In this document: positions 24,601 through 35,501 of the stretch, piece after piece
Layout: the number at the start of each line of letters is the position of its first letter
How positions within the stretch are numbered: the first letter of the stretch is position 1
Assembly (NCBI GenBank): GCA_000708835.1
Contig: DF237053.1
Coordinates: 62,001 to 126,000, forward strand
Direction of reading: 5' to 3'
Source of the DNA: Klebsormidium nitens
Lineage: Eukaryota; Plantae; Klebsormidiophyceae
DNA: 64,000 nucleotides
Translations under genes and position numbers: made by a program
Notes under the pieces: generated by a model
What the model was told of the DNA's origin: nothing
Database searches by the model: none
What the model saw: only the letters and a program-made list of their open reading frames with translations

Positions 24601-27600
24601 AACTGATCTTCCGTCCTTGGATTGCGAAATTGTGTCTTGTCCAGTGTTCCTCAGCTCCTTCCTTTCCGGTTCGAAGGGCAAGTTTCTTTTCCATTCTGTG
24701 TGACCGCCTCTTCGCTTCACCCGTCAAGAGGATGTACGACACCACATTCTTGCTTTGGCTATGGAAGAAGGATCAAACGCAACCCCGCGAGACCATCTTC
24801 CATTGGTGACTTCGAACGGTTGCCGTTGTCTGTGCGTCCTTCGCCTCTGAGTTGGTTCCAACCAGCTACAGCCGACGTCTATTAACATGGATTTTTATTG
24901 ATCAATACTTTTCATGCGTTGTGCTTCAAAAACAACGTTTGCTCACACGTCTTACACCACTTAGGGAGCCCACCGGACTTGACGGATGAAAACCCTCGCT
25001 GCCGCAGATCTGACGCGCATGTGTGTCAAGCTTGCGGTCACAGTGTGACCATCGATACTGACGCTGATGCATGCCCACCAAGCCACTGCTGACCGGTTGC
25101 CACGTAGCACGTCCAGGTGCGTCAGCGAGCCGCGACGCTTCCGACCTTCATTTCGACAGCGGACGAGATCCTGCCGCCGGCGCTGCGGCTCCTGCGAGCG
25201 GAGATGCCCATCTCAATCCGGCTTATGGGTGAGTACCGCAAAGAGTCATAACTTCTGGACGAATCTGCAATTCTCAGCTTATGGGTGAACACCGCAGGCT
25301 CCGCAGAGTGGAAGAACCGCAAAGGCGTACCATCATTGAATGGTTTGGGACAAGGCAAGCATCTGGCCTGGTACCCGGGGTACAGCGGGGAAAAGAGAAG
25401 GAAACCGGGAGGTTGTGGAAAATTTGCAAAACGTAGAGTCGCCCTTTGTAGATGCACGTGCCACGTACGAGATACCTTCTAAAAATGCTCCCCGTCCGCA
25501 CTTGCAAGTGCGGAACGCTTTGTCCATTTTCGGGCGCGTTGTTGTTGCCACCCTTCAAAACGCCGTCGAACCACGTCTCCTCTTGTTACTCGCCCGAGCA
25601 CGCCTTCTCGCTGCCGAAAGCTCCACTGGTTGGGCAGATCATGGATAGCAATGTGTAATGATCGTCCACAGGCAACTCTCTTGGTGAGCGAATATGCAAA
25701 GCTTGATCCTGGCTCATCCGCCTCCTTCTTCTCCGTACTGCAGGTCTGCGCTTCTCTCATTTCAAAGAAGAGATTGCCTTTCACAGCGACCCCGGCCAAA
25801 AGACGCTCACAGCTTTTCTAAAACCCGCACCCGAGCCCTCTTCCCCGGGCCGCTCCTCTGGGCCAGAGACTGTTCAGAATGACAGAGAGAAGGCCCCCGA
25901 AGAAACTACCGGGTTTGACAACCGGGGACCTGATTCTGCAACTCCAAATGCGTCCGCCAGCCTCTCAACTTCCTTAGAACCAGGTCCGAGTGCACAGCAG
26001 AGAATAGCAGACGCGCATCTAAAAGCAGCGGTAGCAACGGCGAGCTTTGTGAATGAGCGGCGTCGGAGAGGGGGGGACGAATTGACTGGTGGAGAAGGGG
26101 GGGGACGCGAGCAGGGGAGGGGGAAGAGAGACGGCAAGATCGACCAGTTGCTCGGGAGAATGCGGAGAGGAGAGGAGAACGTGGAAGAAGTGGGGTGTGC
26201 CACGTGTACGTTTCTGAACCGGGGGGGAAGCCGCACTTGTCGAATCTGTGGGGCGGAGCTGGATGGAAAGACTGGGGCCTCAATGAAAGGTGCCGTCTCT
26301 ATCGAGACTTCTGCGCATCTAGAGAGGAGTGAGGTTCCGGTTACGACTTCCATCGGTGCGCTCTCGGAAAGCGGTGAGTTGCGGGACGGGGGTGCCTGCG
26401 ACACGGCTGATAAGCAGTCCGGGTTGGAAGAGGCGAGCAACGGCAAGGATTCTCAACCGGGCAGTCGCGGCGAGTCGGTTGAGGTGCATCCTTCCCTGCG
26501 TCAGTGGGTCGATGACTACGACCGGACACAGAGCACAAGTGTTTGTCAGCGGCTGGAGGAGAAGGACAAAATGCAGTTCGAAGACTGGATAGACGACGGT
26601 AAGGCAGGGGATGGAAATGAAGATATTTACGAAAGCGCGCCGGGTGGGGAAGCCTCCGTTTGGACCGATCCGGACGTCCAACTGGGACTGGATTCGGACG
26701 AGGAATTTGACGTCGTTGGGTCTCTGCGGGAGTGGTCTGAAGCAGAGAGGCGCCCCGCGAGCTTTGGCGACGGAAGGAAGAGTGGAAATGGTCGGGATCT
26801 AGTGAAAAGGAGTGGCACGCATAACCTGAGGGAAGATTTGGAGGTGGGGGTGGTTGAAGGGTCCGGTCGGGAGTTAAATGGAGGCGGGGAGAACTGGATA
26901 GACGACGGAGTGGGTTGCAAACGGTTGCTTAAGAGGGACGGTTCGAGCGGAAAGGCAAGTCCCGGCAAGCGGCCGAGACTTGCTGAGGGGATCCCGCTGT
27001 CGGGGACAGAGAGTGAGAATCAAAAGTCGGGCGGCACTAGCGTTCTGTTTGACAGCGGAAAGAACGGAAGCAACGGAATCAACGGCAGCTCAGCGAACTG
27101 CACTGGCGCTCTTGGCAAGTGCCAGGAAGGGATTTCGGAGGGTGCGCCGTCCGTAGGACGGCCGGACTCAGCGGAGCCCGGAGAACTGTCCCCGACTGTG
27201 AATAGTGGAGTCGACTTGGATCTGGGGCGGAAAGCGTCCGCTGAATCAAATTTTGCGCCCCGGGCTGTGCGTAGAGAAAATCCTGATGCGGGAAGCGTTC
27301 CGGCATGCACCGGCCGAAATCCAGAGCATTCATGCGCGCACGCCCAGGCAGAGGAAGCTTTCGGGCCGAATTGCAAACCGGTTCTAGAACCCGGTGCCAA
27401 GTCCGAGGGACCCGTGGAAATCTACCAGCCGGAACCCGAGACTTCGATGGAAGCGGAACGGGTCAAATGCGAGTTGTGCGGGGAGCTGGTTCTCGGGTTC
27501 GGTCCGCAGCGGCAGGAGCACGAGGACTACCACGTGGCGCTCGAGCTGTACCGGAAAGAGGGCGGCCGGCTGCAGCCGGTGGCGCGGAGTGGCGGCAGCC

Positions 27601-28138
27601 AACAACACGTGGGCAAACGGAGGTAGGTGATTCCAGCAAGGTGCAGTAACGAGTGATCCGTTACGGAGGGATGGTGTCTGCGGTGATTTTCGCAAAAGGC
27701 GGGCGGAGAAAGTTGGGGGTGGAGCGACTTGAATAGTGTCTCACCGAGCAACGGCTTAATATCAGCCGTTTTTGGAGCGTGTTTTGAAGAAGCATAAAGA
27801 GCTGAGTACGGTGGCAGTGGGGCCAATGCATGGTAGAGCAGAGAGGGTGAAAATATACGGTACTCTGGTCTTGACAGGGACAAGTCAGGATCTGGCCGCA
27901 CTTCCTGAATCTTGCTTCTGACGACTTTGCTGGACTTGGACTCGTTACACCTTGTTAGCTCATCCCTATAATGCCACTCGAGAGACCGAGCGGGAGAGGA
28001 AGGTCGTGCCTCAAATGACCGTACGCTTCTCTTTTGTGCAGGCCAATGGCTCACAAGAGCGGCAACCATCGGGATCAAAGGGGTTCTGATGTAAGGCCCC
28101 GAGGGCCGTTAGATACGTTTCTCAAGAAGAAAGGCTAA
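18645..28138 (+). CDS. POLK: DNA polymerase kappa (Y family, DinB); exons 18645-18768, 19548-19720, 20145-20318, 20748-20870, 21213-21313, 21798-21884, 22779-22874, 23145-23265, 23683-23811, 24471-24563, 25117-25228, 25744-27622, 28042-28138
   Basis: [108 protein letters not shown]; C-terminal UBZ-type CELCG...[11 protein letters not shown]; all phases consistent. Confidence 0.97.
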
Positions 28139-29089
28139 TGCCCTGCTTAGCAAGCTTACGGGTTGGGTTGACTAGGACCGATCTCAAACGTTAGCACGCA
28201 AGCTCGTCTTAACTTTATGAAGAGATACTTTGTAGACTGGCAAAGTGCTAGCTTACTTCTGCTGCCAATCTGCACTAGCTACTACAAACTCTTTGAATCG
28301 CTTTGGACGTACTGGAAGATTGTTGCTTCAAACAAACCTTACATTCGCCCAGTGAAAGGCGAGCTGTGCTCGGATTAATCATGATGGTTATGATTCACAC
28401 TTCAGCTCCCGTTGGACAGTTTGACAGGGAAAACTGTGAGTGTTGAGGCATCAAACAATTGATGCATCTGGAAAGCCTGTATATAGAGGTAATGTCCAGC
28501 CGAGTACTGTACACATATTCATCTAGACGTCCCGAGCTCGCTCTGCATGGAAAGTCTCACTGAGCAAAACCGTTATACCATGTGGAAGTGTTACGAGTAT
28601 CCAATTATGTTTTGTACGCATCTCCGCGGCAGATCGACCGTCTCTGAGCTTACTGCATGGCCTGGCCGGCCCGCAGATCCGAGCATTGGATCATGCACGC
28701 GACCATCTCGCAGGTGTAAACATACTCGCGCATCATGCATATAGAGTGCCCCGCGTTCTACAGCTGTCATGTCGTTCGAAGAGCCTTACTAACTAAGTAC
28801 ATGAACAAGAGCTATAAGTCAATGATGCCGCTGATGTCACATAGTGGGCAGCACGCGAGCCATGTCTTTAACTCATGCAGACGAATTGCGCCTCACAGAG
28901 TACCGTAGCCTCGAACCTGAACATATACCCTCAACATACCTGCTGCATTGCGCTTTGAAGAGGAATTCACGATCAATGGGGTGATCATATTTGTCACCAG
29001 CCCGGCTGGCACTGTGCAATTTATAGTTGTTTGTGAATTGTGCCAGACTGCCCAACAACCTTAACGAGAAAGAGTATTGATTCCTTTTC

Positions 29090-32000
29090 CTAGGCTCCTT
29101 CAATGGGAGCCTCTGCATGCTCGGATTACCACCACTTTTCAGAAAGCGCAACGTATCTGGAAAAGAAAGAGACCAAGCTTCGCGTATTTCCTAGCTGCAA
29201 ATGGCGGGCAACTTCGCTGTCCGTTGACGAAGGACATGGCTAGGATTACCGTACCGCCACTCTGCTTAGGGTCTGGTTGAAGCTTACTTGATGTTCTCTT
29301 TTCAAACGCCGTAGCCACATGGGCCATAGGCTTCCATGGCATACATGGGAATAAATGTTTTGAGTTCTGAACGCCTAGCTACCCTCCCAAATCCTGGTGT
29401 GCTACATTAGTACATACCTAATTTGATAGCGTTCTACTCGTTCCTCCTGATTGGGTGCGGGTCTGTATCGAACCGGAATCATTTTCAAGCTGGATTGCAA
29501 ATCTCGAAAGACAGTGATCAGTAGCAAGTGCCAAATTTAGCACACCGGCCCTTGACTCCAAGGCCCACTGTACCGACAAACGAAAGTGACTGATCTCATC
29601 CCATGCTGCATCAACTAAACAAGAAGACTGCCAGTGGAGTCAGAAGGACGGATAAGCCTCCCGCTACTCTCAGGAAACAGTGAATAGCTCCAGTTTCACA
29701 AAGACTCAAATCAGATTTGCGATGCGGAAGTCAGAGTCACCTCGACGTCAGGAAACCAACTTGAAGAGGCACATCAAAAGGAGTGAAAGGAGTCATGGGG
29801 AGTAACAGAGTTAAAGGAAGAAGCAAAATGAGCGACTAATTCGATTGCTAAGCCTGAGAATCGTCGAGAAGAAACAGGCTCCATTAGAGCTCGAAGTAGC
29901 TTGCTAGAAGCCTGCTCGATTTACTAAGCATTCCTTGCTGAGCGCAACTCAGCGCTTGTCCTTATGAGCTGCAACTATGTAAGTGCCAGCTAGCTTGTGT
30001 GATGCACTTGCCGCATAAAGTAGTACTGAGTCATATATCTTTTGGCACCTCCGTGGCTCGATCACCGATAACAATACAGCGAGTGATTAAGTTTCTGTCA
30101 ATTGACAGGGATACCACGATGCAAAAAGGTCGATACAGCTGACAAAGCAGTACTAGGAGCTTTTGCCACCAGTACTGGCACAAGCTTTGCTCAATCCAGG
30201 GGCTCAAGTTGGCCAATTCTGAGAACGCGAGGCTGCTTCTCTTATAATAGAGGCCAGAATATATGATGCCCCGATCCTGACAATGCGTATGAGCCTACTG
30301 TCGATTGAAATTGCAACTAGGTACCGTACATGGTGAGTATGCGCCTGTATCAATTCTGAGCTCGGCTTTATTATGGTCTTATTTATTGCTGCAGTATCTC
30401 AGCATTTGTGCAGTGAGTACTAAGACTCTGTATGAGTACTCTGATGTTGCTGATGCAGTTGTGACCACCTCAGATGTAACCTAGGCGGCGGCCGGCCTGC
30501 GGCCCAGGTTTCGCTCAATTATTTCGCACGATGTTATGATGTCTGGACTCTGCTCGTCTGCTCTTCCCAGCTTGTGACCAAGCGGTTACGTCACATCGTA
30601 GACACACCAGGATGGACCGTTGTGCAACTTGCACCAGCTGGGTAGGTACCGGTAGCTTCATCTGCATTGACTGAAAAAAATCTAGGTATTCACCTCGACT
30701 GGCTCAGAAGGGCCCACCTGGTCAGCGGATCCTCTTCGGAACAGTTGAGACGAATCAGAAGCAGCGGTTTAATTTCTGTCCTCTGCAGGTATCGTCACCT
30801 ATCTGGCGGTCATGGAACCGATCAGCAGTTCCGACAGTGGTCCGCCACAAGATCCCGGTTAGATTTGGACGGACCCGGTCATAACCCATGATGTGACCAA
30901 CGAACCTGTTTCTCGTTCATTGATTGGCCCATTTGAGATCCGCACAATCTGAGGAGCTAATTTTGAGGTGGCAGCGCGCCCGCATGCTAGCTGCACACAA
31001 GCTCCTGTAGTTTAGGTTGCATTACTCCCACGTTTCATGGTCCCAGTCCCCAGGGTGAATTAACCTCGTACCGTAAAGCAACAGATATACGATCCACTCT
31101 CCCTTGGCCACCCAAAACCATCCACTTAAACCCACCCGTTCACCGGGCCTACAACTCCTACTACCCGGCGTTACATGGCCTATTCATAACCTTCCAAGCC
31201 TGAACTTTAGGCTGAGTCCTTTGGAACAACGAGCGGGCGCTTTCTCTGGTACCTACTACTTCAAGTTGGGCCTTGGAAAGGTGCCCTGCATTTGTGCCGG
31301 TGCGCCAAAAGTTGGGTAACCTCTTTCATGGTGGCAAGCTGAGCGTGGGTCGCGCTCTGGCGCGGCGCGTGCTTGCAGTGCCTGCAGTGGGCCAAAGCAC
31401 TGTCCTGCTTCTTCAAGAAAGACGGTGGAGGGGCAGTCATTGGCTGCTGCATTCTGCATAAATAGGTGGATAATCCTTGGCTTTTGAGGAACTCAAGACT
31501 GCTCGCAGACGAGAAGCCTTCGACGCTCAAGTTTGACGACGCTGCCAGGCTTTGCATTCATGTGAGTCAGCAATGAGTGTTTTGAAAGCTGTTGTGATCT
31601 CTCATCGTCCCATTTGCCCCTCTCAGACTGAATAATTTCATAAGCCAATCTGCAGTTGACATGAATACATGATGAGTGCTACTGCTTTTCAGAGATGCCA
31701 TTTGTGGCTCATTTGAATTGGTCAATTCTCAACAAGGTGTGTGGTACTACCCCTGTCAATGTTCTTATGTTCCGGCAGATTTCTGCAGTCACCTTCTACT
31801 AAGCAGGCTCCCAGGAGATTGAAAGCACCCCCCTTGAAAATTAGCTGCACCAACCCCCTTTTGGTCCCTTAGTTGACATCCGCACGGGAGGCAAATACTA
31901 GTTTGGGTAGTCGGGTCTGTCCTCAAATTGGAGCTCCCTCAAGCTTGCAGCTGGGAGATCTCTATCCATAGTCATGATCTCCTCTGGATGAATGTTGAAT

Positions 32001-33820
32001 GGTAGATAAGGGACAACAATAAATGCAGAGGATGAAGTTGTTGCTATGAGACACTGCAGTGTCCTTGGTGACGTGCTGGAAAGCCTGACAAGATCTTACG
32101 ATGCAGGTGGTCAAGGCTTGTGAAGAATCTGCGCGCTTTGACTACGATGTATCTGACACATGATGGCAATGGGGCGAATGAGACCTACATCAGTTGCAAT
32201 AACTTGGTGAGTCTTTGCCTTCAGGTTTCATGCCTGTATTTGTTTCCTGAATTGGAGCACCTTTGATGTGCTCCCTGGTAGTGGTGCCACAGACACCATC
32301 ATCGAAATCGCTCGCATTGTATAGGAGTCATCTGTGGATGGCTCTGGCAACCTGCAGGGTTTTACTATTCTTCAGTTACAGTGTTCCTTTTCTCTTGCGT
32401 GCGTGCCTCCTCAAGTCTGTTTGAGAATGTTGCAGTGTGCCCTTTCTGTACGGTGACCTCATGTTGCTTCTCACTTGCGGCACCCCATGTCATCGTCCTT
32501 CCCTTGGGACAACCCTACTGGGCCAGGTTGCACAAGCGGTCTGTAATAATTCTCCAGATGGTGGTGCTCAAGAATGCTTCTGCGCACAGAACAAGCTGTA
32601 GTCAGGTTGTGAGCGCATGTTTACATTCAGCAGGCTTGAGTAGGTGCTGTGGACATCAGCTGAGCTTCATACTTCTTTGCCACCTTCGATGAATGCTGCT
32701 CTGAGCGGAATGCTTTTGGTGAGCTACTTTCTGTACACAATCATAGTCCGGAGGTTGCACTTCTGCACACATATGCTGAGAGTGTGATGGACAGGTCTCA
32801 ACGAATTCTAGTCCGACCAACATCTGATAATTATCGTGGAAGCCAGAGTCCACAGGCTAAGCGAGGGAAACAAGGACTCGCTTCTGAACAAATCTCAATA
32901 CAGTTTGGGTGATTGAACATGGCATTGGAAGCAGACTTTTGCAATTTAGCACTGTGTGCATTAAACTCCAAAGTTGGTCACAAGCCTGCAATTATCCCAT
33001 CACAATCCCCTCATCAGAGAATCTTGCCTCTCGTACAACCCAAAGTTTTTGTTAGACACCAAGCATCAAGTTGTGAACGTTGCTACTCATTGCAGCGAGC
33101 TGAATGCCCTGAAGGTTGCGTGTTGTGTTCAGATGTTGTCCAATCAAGGGTCTGAGGCTTCTGAGGTTTTGGGTTCCATTTTGTCTCGATGGTTGGCTTT
33201 GAGTCTAGCCACATCCACAGCACATCAAGTCGCATCAGGTCCACTGTGTGCAAGCCAGGGCTACAGGACCATCTTTCTTACTTCTCAAAAGTGACTGTCA
33301 ACCCTTTGTGTCCGGCTGTTATGCAAGGAGTAATAGGCCAGCTCCACCAGAACTAATAAAGATGCATTTGTATCTTCAGGTATGCTTTGTCGGTAAGGTA
33401 AGGGACCACGACTACTGCTTTGGTCGAAACCAAGGAAGGAATTCTAGGGGGGCGTGAAAGGATCCTGAGACATCAGTATACAGCTCAAGATCCACTGGGA
33501 GGTTCAGCAATGTTGGTCGAAAGAGAGATACTTGCTAGTTGTTGGTTGGTCTTTGAACCTCTAGTGTTGGGTATGAGGCTGTCGGGACATTGGTGCGCGA
33601 TGCTAAAACTGCAAGCTTCCGATCTCGTTATCAGTCCTTCCTTGCATTGGCCGTATCACAGAGGTGCTACGACTTCTACAAGGAAGGGCTGATTCGAGAT
33701 CAGATGCATGTGTTTCCGCAGCATTGGTTGTTACTACGTTCAGATCTTGTCGAGAACTCTGGAAACCACAATTGGGACACGTCTCTCTACAACAGGCTAA
33801 CTGATGCTAATTGGTGTTAA
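29090..33820 (+). pseudogene. Decayed multi-exon gene or genes of unknown family, with weak GNAT-like words
   Basis: Exon-like blocks bounded by AG/GT (e.g. 30790-30858, 31509-31561, 32107-32206) whose best frames read as protein but are broken by stops. Fragments: GIVTYLAVMEP, KKDGGGAVIGCCILHK, FLYGDLMLLLTCGTPCHRPSLGTTLLGQVA. Not spliceable into one ORF. Confidence 0.45.
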
Positions 33821-35501
33821 TTGATGTTTTGTTACTCTACGCTCAGCAAGAAACTTGTTGCAATGCTTTCGTGACTACTGATACGTAATGCAAGTCCATG
33901 CCAGCGAGCATCGCTTGTGGGGCCGATATGCATGACGTTCTTGCTAGTGCGCATGAGAATCCTTAATATGTGACAAGGCAGTCGCACAAATTCAACATGC
34001 AATATTGAACATGGATTGCAGGATTGATGCATTTTGCTTATCGGGTCAGATTATCAAAGTCTTTCGCTTTTTGTGCTGTACTCTGTAGTACCGTCTCTGT
34101 TGTCCATGCGGCCGTCGCCAACCATGTATACGCTGCAAACATCAGACATACCTGACTGCGCTTTTGTCATTCCACACGTACGCATGCAAGCGATCCGCCA
34201 CCGTTGCTAATTGTTGATTCGCGATCGCCCTTGGCCGGACGTATGTGACACTCATGCAAAACGATCGACCACGCCGTCTGTCATGAGGTAGGTCCGGCGC
34301 CGTTGTTGCGTCTTAGCTATGATTCTGGCAACGTAGATCACATGGTAACTTCTCATGCATAAGCACCATGAGATCATTGGTGCTTATTCAGTCAGGGCGC
34401 CAATATATGTATCAGCTTATCATTTCACTAAACCCAGCCTGTTCGTGTTAGCTGCTCGCGCTTGGTTGCGAATGGTCTTGCACAATTTCACTTATGGCAA
34501 CGTACCGGCCCTTCAGCCATCTGCAGCTGCTGTTTGAACCAGAAAAATGTTCGTGCGATAACAAAGTGGTGTCGATCGTGTATCGTAAGCGGGATCGTAA
34601 ATCCAGGAAGTTAATGCATTGTAGAAGGTACTCAAAGCATGCAGTGCCTAACCGAACAAGGTGTCTTGTAACTGTCTTGGCCCTGCATGAGCATCTTAAC
34701 TTCAGTGATTTCAGCAAAGCAGGTTGGCAGGTTGACATCAAGTGCTCAACATACCATATCTACCATAGGCTGGCAAAAGCGTCGAGCCCCTTCACTGCCC
34801 AACTTTCTACGAGGGCCCGAGGAGCGAGGGGGAGTTCCCAAATTAGGGCAGCCGGTACGTGTCCCCGACCTGATCTCGTCAAGTGATTAGCTTTTGAATC
34901 CCGGCAGAGAAACAGCCCGGCCCCCGGGAGTCGTTCCCCCGACTCCCGCTTTCAGCCTATCCTCAGCAATACACATAAAACGCATGATGTCAGGTGCGCG
35001 TTTGCTTGATGCAAGCAGGCATGAATAATTAAGGATTCAAGACCCAGGCAAATGCCAATGGCGTAAGCAATTGCACGGCAGGACTGCAGCAGTCACGACG
35101 TGCCGTCACATTCCTGGTGAACCCTCGTGTGCATGGAGCGCTGAGTGCGACTGGTTGAGCTGCATCCGGAGGAGCTGGCGGCGGCGGGGCTTGCATCTCT
35201 TTCTTCTGGCTCGCTCTTGACTTCCAGAGAAACAGACACAATCCCGCCAGTATACATACAGACTCCCCACTCAACAGCACAGATTCACGCAGCCAGTTGG
35301 CATTCAAGGGCCCGCTTATGTCAGTTGCTTCATGCGCGTCTATCTTCACACTCCTTAAGGGCACCTCTTTGTCCTTGGAGCAACCGGGACTCCTTTGCAA
35401 GCGCATCCATCCTCCAAATGGATCTGTAAAACTAGCAGGTTGCCAGCTCCCTTCTTCTCCCAGAGCGCCAGCCCTTCTGCTGACACTCCCCCTCCCAAAG
35501 A

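Noticed and set aside
29090-33820. Selenocysteine or readthrough explanation for the in-frame stops; intact transposase (MULE/KDZ)
   Set aside because: Stops include TAA and TAG as well as TGA, with frameshifts; no DDE or CxC catalytic pattern and no TIRs could be supported.
34926-34947. Perfect 8-bp-stem hairpin GGGAGTCG-ttcccc-CGACTCCC
   Set aside because: A single short GC-rich stem is expected by chance in 64 kb; no associated feature.
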